From: Blastocystis sp. Blastoise
Lineage: Eukaryota > Protista > Bigyra: Opalinata
Length of the DNA stretch: 64,000 nucleotides
Direction of reading: 5' to 3'
Assembly: GCA_039096225.1 (NCBI GenBank)
Contig: JBBPEB010000023.1
Location: 124,001-188,000, forward strand
In this document: positions 22,789-38,200 of the stretch, piece by piece
Position numbering within the stretch: position 1 is the stretch's first letter
Layout: each line of letters starts with the position of its first letter
Position numbers and translations under genes: made by a program
The notes under the pieces: generated by a model
What the model saw: the letters and a program-made list of their open reading frames with translations, nothing else
Told to the model about the DNA's origin: nothing
The model's database searches: none

Positions 22789-24401
22789 TTAAGCACTTCC
22801 CCATACTTCATAATCCGCTGGTATAAACCAATTCAAATCATCAGGACCATCAGTATTCACAAATAAGGATGATTTTTGAGGAGTATTCACTTCAGAATAA
22901 TATTTTGCTTTACAACAAGATCTTCCACGTTCTTTAGATCCATCAGATATTTCAATGTCACCAAAAGTGCCAAATGTCGGACCATGACCCGAACTATGAT
23001 ATACAGCTCTACTTTTATCCTCACTAACATAATCATATTTTGTAGGAGGAATAGCATGTTCATTACTTAATGTAAATATGAATTCTTTTGAATAAGTTGT
23101 GTCGGCTATATATAGAAAAAATTAAATAGTGGTAATACAGTATATAGGCACATACAATATGAGCAATCCCAACTTTGATCTGTATATCCTCCAAATATAT
23201 TTTCATGCTTTCTATGACCTAAATGTTTAATTAAAGTAACTGTTTCTCCTTCATTATCACAATATTCATGGAATTCTTCCAGAGAAAAACTATGTTCACT
23301 TGCTCTATATATAGAAATAAAATAATAATAAAATAATAAAATATTAATAATAATCTATATATACCTAAATAATAATTTCCATTTCTTTTCATTACCAAGC
23401 CAATTCACTAAAGGTTTCTCAAGTTCTCTATTAATAATAGTCGATTCTTTGAACCATCTTCCTATCATTGCTTCTCTCGCTTCTTCTTTTCCTTTATCAC
23501 CAAATAATTCAATCATTTCTTTCTCTAATAATTCTTTATTAATATCAGCAATCTTATCAATGTCAATATCTATAATTCCCTTATTTATATATTCATATAT
23601 ATATTCTATATATTCATATTTCTTATTCATAAATAAATTATCTTCTATATGATTATATTCAGCAAATCCATTATTATAATTCATTATATAATTCTTCCAT
23701 AATCCATTCTGTACTAAATAATTTTTAACATCAGTATTTTTCTGTCCATTAATAATCAAATCAAATTTATCTCCTGTTTCTATTTTCTTCTTCTTTGTAT
23801 CTCTTCGATCACGTGCAAAGACTAATTCTATTGGTATTATTAACTCACAAAATTCAAATAAATCTAAGATTTTTAATTGTTCTTCGTATGAAAAAATATC
23901 AAAATCTACTTTCTTTCCTTCCAAATAATCTAATAAAATATAAGCTGAAGCTTCATTTCCTCTGTAATCAAGAAATATAGTTCCATCATTTGTTCTGTAT
24001 TCTTTAGCAGATTGCTCATATATAAAAGAGTCTTTTATTGAATCTAGAACAGATTTCGATATTTCAAACACAAGACCACTACTTGTAAAGCGAATATGAT
24101 CTACACCTTCATCTGCATGATCCTCTTTATTTTTACGTTTGTTTCTATAGCCACTCTGAGTATTTTCTTGAGATGCATCAGTAAAAGACTGGCTTTCACA
24201 GGATCTTTTTGATTTTCTCTCAGAATGTTCTTCTTTAATATGTTTAATAAATCCATTCATCAAGGTCTTAGAGTGAACGAATAGATCCATTACCGATGAC
24301 GAAATGTTAGCAACATCTTTTACCAATTCTTCAAGCACAAGAACATTTTCCTTCAATCCATTTAATTTATGAATATCATCAACACCATCTTCATTATCCA
24401 T
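22789..24401 (-). CDS. BTB-like + TLDc domain protein of a lineage-expanded family
   Basis: C-terminal WKLLFRASEHSFSLEEFHEYCDNEGETVTL..IFGGYT..SFIFTL..GPTFG is a TLDc domain. The N-terminus is BTB-like (GLVFEISKSVL..GTIFLD). Two GT-AG introns. Confidence 0.8.
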
Positions 24402-24785
24402 TTCTAATGAAGTAATAAATAAATTATATTTTAGTTCTAAACTCTTATAAAGAAAAAAAATATAATTCTTTAAAAAGAATGAATTAAAAACTAGGTTTAT
24501 AATCTAGTTTTCAATTCATTTTTTACTAGGAGTTTATAAAAAAACCATGAAAACGCACAATTCTAGTATTTTTTTAAATTAAAAAAAACATTTCTTTTTG
24601 TCTGATCTACTTAAATAACTCTAAATACGATTAAGAAATGTTTTCATCACTTCGTTATACTGCTATTCTTTCAAAACCATTATTAAAAAGATCATTTAAA
24701 AGAGGTTTTGCGTAATTATCACTTGATTTGTTTTAAACAATTATTTATAGATCTATCGTTGGAAAAGAAGAGATCATCCCAGCTA

Positions 24786-25930
<1,145 letters not shown>

Positions 25931-26551
25931 ATTATCTTTTTTGGAAACAGAAAATCTTAAATAAGTTAACATTTTCACATATTTATATTGTATTTTGACT
26001 GTTTACAATACAAAATTATTTTATTTATTTACTTTATTATTTTGTTTTTTTTTAATTTAAACTTCAAAAAAAGGAAATGTTAAGAAGTAGTTATATATAT
26101 CTGAGTTATAAGAAAATTTTTATATATTTACTTGATTATTTTCACTTTAATCCTGTTAGTTAGTAGAAAAACTATGTATAATAAGTCAAAAAATATTAAA
26201 AATTATCCTTGAAAACTACCAAAAAAAAATTATAAATATAATATGTATTAAAAACTATAGATAAATAATATAAAGTATATATATATCCTCATAAAATGTA
26301 AAAAGTTATATTGACCTAAATTATTTAATATATAGATATAGAATATATTCATATTATCCTTTACATCTAAGGATTCTAGATAAAGTCAAATATGAATAAC
26401 AGTAGCATAAATATCTTATACACAATATATATATATATAACAATAAACAAAATAGCATAAAATAACAAACAAAAAATAAAACACATAAAATAACAACTAT
26501 AGCTTTTCATACTGAATAGATCACTTTGTTTACAATTATTAACCAAGTTAT

Positions 26552-26960
26552 TTACCATAATAAATCAGCATCAAATTCATCACCAAGACTTTCTTCAGTT
26601 TTCTTCACTTCATAACGTTTCTTCTTTCTGTCTTCTTCTTCTTTGATCTTATCTCTGATTTCTTGTAACTTATTCTTACCTTTAGACTTCACATCGGATA
26701 ATTTTATCTTATCACCAATTTGTGAAACTGCCTTGTATGCAGCAATTGATTCTATGTTCTTCCCTATTTCTTTTGTGACTTTTTTGTCTGTTATAGAAAA
26801 GGCTACAGCTTCTGGCTTCTTTGCAGCAATAACATATTTTTTAGGAGCATGAACCTTACGTGGTTTCTTTGTTTTAACTAATTTCTCCTTCCCTCCAGTA
26901 TCCTTACCTCCCTATATTCAATAAAATCAATACAAACTATATTATTAATACTTGAGCCAT
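26552..26960 (-). CDS. Small basic protein, C19orf53/L10K (UPF0390)-like
   Basis: MAQ|GGKDTGGK..KYVIAAKKP..KKVTKEIGKNIESIAAYKA..DADLLW*. One GT-AG intron at 26912-26951. Absent from the ORF track. Confidence 0.6.
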
Positions 26961-27111
26961 CGATTATTGAAAAAAAAATAAAGTAAATTTTTTATGAGAA
27001 TTCATGAATAATATTCAGTTTCCTTCGATTAAAACTAAAATAAACAAGATAATTTAGTTTTTATAAAAACTTTTTGTATTCCATTATTATTCTGCTTATA
27101 AACTGATAGAA

Positions 27112-27277
27112 ATGGCATCTGAGATATATAGCTACTCATCCTACGTTGTTGGAATAGTTATATTAGTTATTGGAGTTATTATACCTGTAGGGTATGTTAA
27201 TTAATACTATAAATACTTATTATTTATATAGATACATGTATGCTAAAACTTCTTCAAGAATATTACGAAAAGATTGA
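27112..27277 (+). CDS. 41-aa single-pass membrane microprotein
   Basis: MASEIYSYSSYVVGIVILVIGVIIPVG|YMYAKTSSRILRKD*. GTATGT..TATAG intron at 27192-27231; aaATGG start context. Confidence 0.55.
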
Positions 27278-27498
27278 GTTTCCTATATGAATTCTTTTTA
27301 ATTTTGATTGCATTTTCTTATTTTTCACTTTTTATATTGTTTCAATGCTTTTATTTAAATGTAATATGTGTTTTTGTGAATGTATTTTTCTAATAACTAA
27401 AACAAAAGTATGATTTTGAACAATTAATCAACAATAACACAAAAAAAAATAGAGAACAATGAAATTCAAACATATATAAAATACTGTGATTCTTTATT

Positions 27499-29666
27499 TT
27501 AATTATCATGAATGATACTATCCCAAATTTCATTCAATTTATTAGCATAACGAGGAACAATCCATGATAAAACTTCAATTTTCAAGAAATTTGAAGAACT
27601 CTTCCATTTTAATAATAATTGCTTTTTATTATTAATTTTATTAGACATTAACATTTGTATAAGTATCAGTACTTTTTTAGAAGTAGAATTATCAATAATA
27701 ATCTTTGGATTATTAATATAATAAGGAAGTAATGATTTAAAAGGTTCAATAATAGAACCAGTTAATAATAAATATGCAAACCATTTATAATAATCTTGAC
27801 CTTCAGGATATTCAATCTATAAGATATATATATATAGATTCATAATAAATATATATATAGTATATAATTAATATTAGTTTCATATTCATAATAAATATAT
27901 ATATAGTATATAATTAATATTATTTCATATTCATAATAATATCTTATATATATTATTATAATTATTAATATTTCATATTCATAATAATATCTTATATATA
28001 GTATTATAATTAATATTTCATATTCATAATAAATATATATATAGTATTATAATTATTAATATTTCATATTCATAATAATATCTTATATATATTATTATAA
28101 TTATTAATATTTCATATTCATAATAATATCTTATATATATATATATATACATACTTCATAAGCAGGTAGATCCCAGTGAAATGGTCCAAAAGAAGGTATA
28201 ACAAAACACATCAATATATCCTTCTTCTTATTATATATAGGAAGAGGAGAAGAAAGAGGAGCACTATATATACAATTATTACTTCCTTCAGATAACCGCG
28301 GGAGCCATTTCTTTTCAATTACTGTTATTCCTTTTATATAATATCTATATATATAAAGAATATATATTTATTTAATATAGATATCTAGAATTTATACTTT
28401 TCATTCTTATTAATTATTTCTTGAAAAACTACCATATCGGGATATTTCTCCTATATATATATATTAGTTTTGTATATAATATATATAATTTATAATACTA
28501 TATAATATATGATATATGATATATATAATACTATATAATACTATATATATATATACTTCTTCTCTTATATGAATAGGAACAGTGAAGCTCTCTCTGTGTA
28601 TTAAGACAGGAGTCTGTTTATTTAATGTTGTTACTATATAGGGTATTTTACCTGTAGTACGAGGCATGCCTAAATCACGTGCTTCAGAGGGACTCAATTT
28701 ACGAGCCACGTGATCTAATAAAGAAGCACTGAAAAGTTGTCTTAATAGAATAGTTTGTTGTTTCGAAGGAGGAGAGAGAGGAGTTAAAATAGATTGGCCT
28801 AAAGAAGCGTCTTCTTCCGTGAATATTCGAGCAATCTGGCGACGTAATTCTTCAACTTCTTTCAAACCCTATATATATAGATATATGTTATTAGATCATT
28901 TTCAAATACTATAATTATTATATAACTTATTTAAAAAAAGATCATTATAAAAACATACTTTATATCTTAAAAACATATTTTTACAGAATTCCCGCGGGAC
29001 TAATGTATGTGAATAAGCTCCGACAACTCTCATAACTGATAAATAATCGCTTGTCGCGTCGTTCCATTTCATTAAACATGATCTACAACGTTTAACTTCT
29101 ATATATATATATATATAATATATATAATATTTTATGGAATACATATAAAACGAATCATAAACTATTTATAAAACACAAATAAATAATAATAAATACATAT
29201 ATATATATAAAGTCTAGAAAAAAACCAAAAGTAATATATGATAAAATAGACAAGAAAATAATGTTATTTAATATATGTATATATACCTTCTAATTGTTCT
29301 TCTGTTAATCTGTTACGTTTTTCTTTCATTTTCTCATCATCATCATCATCTTCTTCTTCCGCTTTATCCCCGTGGTTATCTTCATCATTATTACCCGAAG
29401 TATATCTCATAATTAATTCTTCAGGACGTATATATACTGCACGTACAGACATTCCCGCGATTATAGCGACAGCATAAGGTAAAATAGCAGGATATTCACG
29501 ACATAATACTAATGTTTTAGCAAAACGAACACCTACAGGGAAGTGCGTCATTGATTCTCCTAATGCTGTAATTAATTGTGTTTTTGGATCTAACGCACCG
29601 AGAGACACCAATGTATGAAGTGCTGCCATTATAGATATATCTATATATTATGTGTAGAATAATAAG

Positions 29667-29712
<46 letters not shown>

Positions 29713-29736
29713 TAAATTAATATATTAACAATATTA

Positions 29737-29785
<49 letters not shown>

Positions 29786-30812
29786 TATATATATATATTA
29801 CTATTGGGAAGAGTTGGAAAAGGGAATTTTTCGATATTATTAATTTTCATGTTTTTCATTAAAAGAATAACGTCTTCTAACGGCATTCTACAGATTTCTG
29901 GTTGATCCCATTGGTTGAATTCATTTGTATATACCGCGCTACTATAAAGGCGGTAACAATGCCCGGGAGCTGTACGACCTGCCCGCCCTAATCTCTGAGA
30001 AGCACTCGCTTGAGATATCCATTGCACCTAGAGAAAATAGATATTATTATTATATATATTATTATTATATTTATCATTGAATATATATTATTGAATATAT
30101 ATTATTGAATATATCTATTATTGAATATATTATTATTATATATATTATTGAATATATCTATTATTAAATATATCTATTATTAAATACATATATTATTATT
30201 TAATTATTATTATCTTATAAAAAACTAAATAATAGCCAATAGATATAAATAATAACTATGAAACTATTAAAATACATATATATATATAAATAATACTATC
30301 AATATATATACTTTAAATTCGGAGACTCCGCTGGTATGATCCCAAACGCGTTCTTTGGCCCTACCGCTATCGACAACATATCGTATATTAGGAATAGTAA
30401 TACTCGTTTCAGCAACATTAGTAGCTACTACACATAATCGTGTTCCTTCAGGAGGTGATTTCCATACTTCTCTTTGTTTATCTTCTGATAATAATGAATA
30501 TAAAGGTAAAACATGTAAAGGAACATTATAAGCATCTTCTTCATTATTCTCATTCTCTTCTTCTTCATTTAAACCTAAAAACTCTAAATTCTTCTTTAAT
30601 TTATCATCCATATCTATTTCATTCTCATATATATTATTTTCTTCTTCTTCTTCTTCAAATTCAGCAAGCATGTCTACCGTCACATCCTCCGTCAATGGAT
30701 CAAATGGCTTCAATTCAGCATATTTCAGACACTCTGATTTCTTTAAATCATCTTCGGATATATTATTATTATTATTATCTGAGATATTATTATTATCTGA
30801 GATATTATTATG

Positions 30813-30886
<74 letters not shown>

Positions 30887-31155
30887 CTATGGAATCATTC
30901 TGAAGACTAATTTTTTGTATTTTTAATTTTTCGAGTTTTTTCTTTCGCATTTCTTCAATATGCTTTATACCAAATCTATATATATATATTGTTTAATAAT
31001 AATAAAAATAATATTAATATCATACTTATTTCTTAATTTTTTACATAAATATTCAATTTCTTGTTGCCCAGTAAGAAATACTAAAATACCGCCATCAGGA
31101 AGACGCTGATGAATCTGACATACCTATTAATTAGTAGTAGTAGTAATTGTAGTAT

Positions 31156-31220
<65 letters not shown>

Positions 31221-33476
31221 TACAATCATATATAATCATAATAATAATAATCATATATAATCATAATATACAATCATATATAATCATAAAAAGAAAAATA
31301 TTAAAAAATATATATATAAATATTCAACTATATAAATATACTTTTTTATAAGCAGCTCCGACATAATCATATAATTCAGTTTTCTTTGCAAAGTGGATTC
31401 CCACGGGGAATTGACGTGCCTGGACATGAATAATAGGAGGTGTTGGTTTAAAGAGATGTCCCGCGGTAAAATCTTCAACTCGAAGTGTAGCACTCATAAT
31501 AATCAGTTTTAACTCATGATCTACTTTTCCTTCTTTATATAATTGTTCTCTTAATGGAACTATTTTTGATAATAATCCTATTAATATATCTGTATTTAAA
31601 TCTCTCTCATGTGCTTCATCTATTATTATACAACTATATTGACGTAATAAAAAATCACTTTGAACCTATATATATATATTTATTATTAAAAGTGAAATCC
31701 TTATTTTTATAATAATAAAATATTATTATTATTATTATTATATTAAATAAATATAATTATTCTTATTTATAATAATAAAATAGGATAATAATTATTTTAT
31801 AATACTAATAATAAATATAAATAAAAGATGATAATAATAAAAATAACTATGAATAATGAATATATATACTTCTTTTAATAGAATACCATCCGTCATAAAT
31901 TTTATTTTTGTTTTTTCTCCAACCGTATGACTATCATATCTGATTTGATAGCCAACTTCACCTTCTTTTCCAAATCCACAATTTAATTCATACGCAACAC
32001 GTTCGGTCATACTTGTAGCAGCAACACGTCGTGGTTGAGTAACTCCTATCATTCCTCTATGAACACTATTCTTATCACCATATCCTGCTTCATATAAAAA
32101 CTGAGGAACCTATATATATTATATATTATATATTTAATATACATATAATATATAATAATAATAAATATAATTATATGAATAATAATAATATAATAAAGAT
32201 AATAAATCTATATAATAATAAACATAATATAATACATACTTGAGTTGTTTTACCAGATCCAGTTTCACCACAAATAATCATAACATTATTATACGTAATA
32301 CACTCCATTATTTCTTGTTCCATTCCACAAACAGGTAATTTACTTCTTATTTTCTTTACATCATCTTTTCGATTTACTATTAAATAATAAGATTTCTTAG
32401 AAATATTTTCAGGCAGAGAGGGCATAGCTTCTAAAAGCTCACCTTGATGATCCATTTCTATAGATTCCCCGCGGGAAAGAAGAGATTCTGATGAATTCAT
32501 TGATTTTGTATTATTAGTAGTCGTTTTATTGATATTATTATCTTCTTTGGTATTATCGTTATTATTATCTTCTTTATCATTATCTTTATTATTATCTTTA
32601 TTATCTTCTTTATTATTATCATTATTATCTTCTTTATTATCATTATTATTATCTTTAGAAATAGCATTATTCATATTATTATTAATAATAGAAACATTAT
32701 TATTCATAGGAGAAGAAGTACTAACACCAGTAGTCGAATTATTGAATACTTTTTTATTTTCATTCTTTTTCTTTATATCTATAGTATTCTTACTTATATT
32801 TTTATTTTCTTTAATATTATTATTATTATTAAAGAAATCTAATTCATCATGATTATCATCTTCTTTAGTATTATCATCATCATCTTCTTTAGTATTATTA
32901 TCATCATCATTTTCTTTATTATTATCATCATCATTATCTTCTTCAATTTCATTTTCATTTTCATTTTCATCTTCTTTTTTAGTACGTTTATATAATAAAC
33001 TATCTTCTACTTTTATACCTGCTTTTTCTAAATAAAAAGCTCTTTTAACTCGTTGTTTTTGAGTTTCTTTCTGTCCTAATGCACCACTCTTTTTCATAAA
33101 CATTCGAATACCTTCATCCATCTGTTTACTTTCAACTTGTTTTAACATTGTATCATAATGATCTTTTTGTTCTCTTTTTTTCTATAAAATATTAAAAAAT
33201 CAATCAATCAACGAGAATCAAACATATTTAATATAAATACATATTTATCAATACCTTTAATTCTTCACGTTTGGCTCTTCTTTTACCAATAACTTCAGCT
33301 TGTCTCTTTTTTTTCTCTTCTTTTAATTTTTGACGTCTTAATTCTTCTTTATCCTTCTTAGTAGTCATCAATACTAAATCGGGATCATCACCTAATTCCT
33401 TTTTGAGCTCATCACTCAACAAAATTTCTGGTTTTGGTTTCTTATCTTCTTTATTCTTCTTAGATATTTTACCCAT
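27499..33476 (-). CDS. DHX37: DEAH-box RNA helicase DHX37/Dhr1 (SSU processome)
   Basis: Motifs [56 protein letters not shown] and [23 protein letters not shown]. About 13 exons with Asn/Asp-rich inserts. Confidence 0.9.
27838..28140. repeat. ~45-bp AT-rich minisatellite (about 7 copies) in the last DHX37 intron
   Basis: Recurring unit tttcatattcataataa...tataattattaata. Confidence 0.85.
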
Positions 33477-33756
33477 CAGTATTGACTATCTATAAATCAA
33501 ATCAAATTAGAGAAATAAAATATATATACAGAGAAATAAAAGAAAATATTTTTTATTAAAAAAATATATTTTCCGTGATTAATACCCATCAACTTAGTTA
33601 AATTTTATTTTTGTTTCATTATGAGTCAATTATTAAATTACCATGATTTTCAAACCATTTATAGAGATATTCATTATAAAATCGTGAATTGTCGATAATA
33701 TAGGTAATCAGAAATAAATTTTGTTTACTATTTTTTTAAATTACGAATAATTATAT

Positions 33757-34240
33757 ATGGAAGGTGATATTATCTTTAATGGAGACTTGTTGTCTGTCGT
33801 AGACACATGGGCTAAAGGAAAAGAGGAAAATAACAAAGAAATAGAAGTTCAATTTGAAAAAAGACCTGCTCGTTTAGGTCTTGGAGCAAAATACGTACCT
33901 CATAAGAAAGTATTTAGTTTTTTATATTTATAAAAATAGATTTTATTTATTTTAGGAAGAACACAAGATAGCAGGAACAAAATTATTAAAGAAAATAAAA
34001 AAAGATAATTCAAAGATGAAATCAAAATATCTAGATGCACATATAGATGAATCTGAAAGTGATGAAGATCTTAGTAAAGCTCAAGCAATCAGTGAAAAGA
34101 AAAATCCTAATCGTATGTGTTTTTTTCATATTTTATTTATTTATTATTTAATATTATTTATTTATTTTATTATTATTCATATAGGATCTTCATTAAAATC
34201 ATCTTCAAAACAAAAGAAATCAAAAAGTAAAAAGAATTGA
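33757..34240 (+). CDS. Small conserved protein with RPxRLGLGA motif (DUF3245-like), 3 exons
   Basis: MEGDIIF..DTWAKG..EKRPARLGLGAKYVPHKK|..DESESDEDLSKAQAI..KKSKSKKN*. Divergent from DHX37. Confidence 0.6.
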
Positions 34241-34480
34241 ATTAGTTTTTTAATTAATTTTTTTAATAATCTTTTATAGTTTAATATATTATTATTATTT
34301 GTGGGTTTTTCATTTTCATTTTCTATTTTCTAAATTTTTATCATTATTATGAATTGTTGTATTTATACATTAAATCAAAACTTTTTAATAATATGAAAAA
34401 CCAAACTTTTTCTAACAAAAGTAAATATCAAATAATGTGTGATTATACATATATAAATAGAAAACGTTTAGATTACTTCA

Positions 34481-34860
34481 TTAGGATTTGTTGTTTTCAT
34501 CTGAAACAGAATTTTGTTCTTGATGGAATTTAGGAAAGAACCTTTTATTCATTTTCTCCATCGTTGCATCAAATTTTGTCTTTGAGAATCCCTAGATATA
34601 TTCAAATAATGAGAATAATAAAGAAATAATGAGAATAAATGGATTCAGCATACTCTTTGATCTCTATAGCAATCCCAAAATGCCTTTTGTTCTTTAATAC
34701 ATGGTTTCCCAGATTCAATACATTTCAAATAAACCAAATGTTCAGCAGCACATTTTGCTAATGCCTCTCTTTTATATTTTTCCTTAATATCTGGAGTCTT
34801 ATCAAGTTCTTTATGAAATCTCTCTTCTTCTTCAGGTGTTGCAACAACAGTTGGCTTCAT
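34481..34860 (-). CDS. Twin CX9C (Cmc1-like) intermembrane-space protein
   Basis: C-AAEHLVYLK-C and C-IKEQKAFWD-C. One GT-AG intron at ~34593-34653. Confidence 0.65.
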
Positions 34861-35204
34861 TAGACACGAAAATACAAATAATTCTAGAAATTTTTTTAAT
34901 TTATTTTTTAATTTATTTTTTAATTTATTATCTTTTTTAAATATTAAAAAATATTGTTTGTTATTCACTTATATTTACCATCAAAAATAAATCATTATAA
35001 ATTAATAAAAATGAAACATTTCTTGTTGATGATATAATTTATAAAACCATATACATATATAACAGATAGAAATAATAATGAAAATAACATGAAATAAAAA
35101 TGAAACATATATAAATAATATATATATATTTATATATATTAAAAAAAAATAAAAAAATAATTATAAAAAAAATAATTATATAAAAAATAATTATATAAAA
35201 ACAT

Positions 35205-38200
35205 CTAAGCATTATATTTGAGTTTCCATTGTAGGGAATAAGGATTTTCAACAAGTTTTTGTATACTAATGATTTTCTTTTGAATTTCAGGTATATATCG
35301 TTGATATATACTTGGATCAATTAAATATTGATAAATACGATCGACTAGTTGTTGATTATCATTCGAAAAACATAAATAAATAGGAATTAAATTAAATGTT
35401 TGAATATATTTTTCTAAATCATTACTTAATAAATCATTAATAAAAGAATCTTTATCAATAAATGTAGATTGATGGCATTCTATATTATTCATATATACAT
35501 TATTTACAAAAGAAGTTAATGAATTTTTTTGATCTAAAAAGAATTGACCTTGAGGAGTAATAGTTGTATCAAATTGAATTCTATATTTATTTAAGAAGAA
35601 CATTGAATTCATATTCATATTAATTTTATTATATTGATATATTTGATTCATATAATAAATATTTAAAACATCAGTTGAAGAACAACATATTAAATTATTT
35701 AATGTATAAGCACAAGGAGATGAAGTATATAAAATATCTTTATTCGATATTACATTAAATTTAAAATGAATATCGATCTTACATTTCTTTGTAATTAATG
35801 TAATTACTTTTTCAACACTTTTTTTAAGATAAAAATTATCTTCTAATGCTAACTGAATGGATTCTGAAGTAAGCTGAATTGTAGAGTCACCATATTGAAT
35901 CGATATAGGATATTGATAAGGATTAATTATAGGTATATTAATTTGAGGTAAATGATAATCAATAATAAAATCAGGTAATTGAAATAATGTATCTTTAGGT
36001 AATAATATAGTTTCTCTGGTTTCTCCAAGAATAACAACACAATCTTTTAATATATATTGAATATATTTATTAGGATAAGGAATATGATCTAATTTTGGTA
36101 AAAATATACGTGGTTTAACATAAGAAGGAATAGGAAATAGATTTGCATATCGATTACATTCTTCTAAATGTTTATTTTGCTTAATTAAATCCATTTGACA
36201 ATTTTTATATTCATTAATAAGATTTTGATATTCTATCATACATGTTATTTCAGGTATAGCTTTAGTAATAATAGCTATAGATGGATCCTCATTACTTACA
36301 GTAATTAAATCATTGAGAGAAGTAGAACAAGTAGAATATACAGATAATTTCTTTGCCATTTCTTCTTGAAGTTTTTCATCCGTTAAATTATTACGATTAA
36401 TTCGAATATAAGAAAAATCATCTAAGGAAGGCATATAAATACTAAATACATATTCATCACCTAATAATAATCGTTTCTTTGGATATATATATAATGCAAT
36501 TCCTTCATTCTTAAAGGATTCTTGAATATTTTGACGTTCTTTATTTAGAGGTGTACTTTGTTGATTATATATTTGTGTTAACATACTCTTTGTCATCTTT
36601 GTTTTATTGACTATATATTTATATTTATATGTTCTACAGAAGGAAAACATCAATTGAAAACAGACAATCGTTAATATATCATCAATTGAATTACTTGTAT
36701 TTTTATATTTATATAAATCTTGTAAAGAATAGGTACATCGATAATTATAATAATAATATTCTATTTTACTATCAGAAGGACCATCAACAGTAATTGTATA
36801 TGTAGAAAAAGGAAGAATAATAACATATAAACAATAATCACCATAATATTTATATAGATAAGGAGGTATAGAAGAAGTTAAATTCATAGAAAGCATTGAA
36901 ATCAATGTACATTTATTATGATTAATAGATACGATTGTAGGATCCATATTTGGTGAACAAATCTGTATATCTGGCTGAGTAACAGTATTTGGTATATATA
37001 CATAAGCTATTTTAAAATAATTTCCTATAGTTTCATTATTAGATAATGGATATTGATGATTTTGCAAAATAGAAAAACAATGATATAATTCTTCTTCAGA
37101 TAATCGAAATGATGGAATTAATAAATCATCTATAATATTATTAAATGAATCATGATAATAAAGAGATTCTATTTGAGTTATCGAATGAATATTCTGTAAT
37201 AATTGATTCTCTAGTAGTATTTGTTTATTCTTCTCAATAATCTCATTAGCTTGTTTTGTTATAGTTGCATTCATAACACGAATCTTTTGAATATATTCAT
37301 TATTCTTTAATGCAATTGAATCTCTATATTTTGTTTTATCAATTAATTTATTATTCATCATCGTTACTTGAGCATCAAATTCCTCTTTTAATATAATATC
37401 TATAATATTAGGTATATCTGAAAGAGATTGAATTCGTTCCATATGTTTTAATAACCATTCTTTTTGATCTTTATTCTTTAATAATACTTCAAATAAATTA
37501 TATATTATTCGATAGATATCAATACGTTTAAAAGGACATAATAAAGAAATAATATCATGTTGAGGTAAAGGTAATAATAAAATAAATGATTGAACATCGG
37601 ATAATGTCGTATTTATACGTATTTCATATTCATATAATAAATTAGATTTCTTATATATAGATCCAGGAATAAGAGGTTCTATTGATGTATATATATCTTT
37701 TAAAAAACAGCATTGTTTTAATTCATCGGAAGTTAATTCTATTTGATTATTTATTTTTATAAATAATGAATATAACATAGTATTATAATTAAGATTTCCC
37801 ATAGAAAGAGAAGGTGGGAATAACATAGTATAAACAATAGATATATTAGATACATCTTGATTTAGTAAATCAGAAATACTTGAAGGAAATAAATTATATT
37901 TATGAAGTTCAAGTATTGATTTATATATTTCATCTTTTGTATCATGAATAATATTAATATATAAATCATAATTTTTTATTATCGATAATAATGTTGTATC
38001 AATAGAAAAACGACTTGCAAAATAACACATCTGTTCATTTATATATGTTTTTAAATAAGGAAATAGAAGAGATATACTAGAACTTTGTTTTAATAATTGT
38101 TTAATATCTATATTAAATTCATTAAAAATAGAATAAAAACTAAAAATAGAAGAAAATAATGAATATTTATCTTCTAATACTTTTTCACTAAATACAATAA

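Noticed and set aside
27838-28140. CRISPR-like array
   Set aside because: Tandem AT-rich units without unique spacers, inside an intron, with no cas genes.
30440-32852. Plus-strand Leu/Ser/Tyr-rich ORFs (similar ones at 40194-40504 and 54681-55053)
   Set aside because: They are antisense shadows of low-complexity exons on the minus strand.
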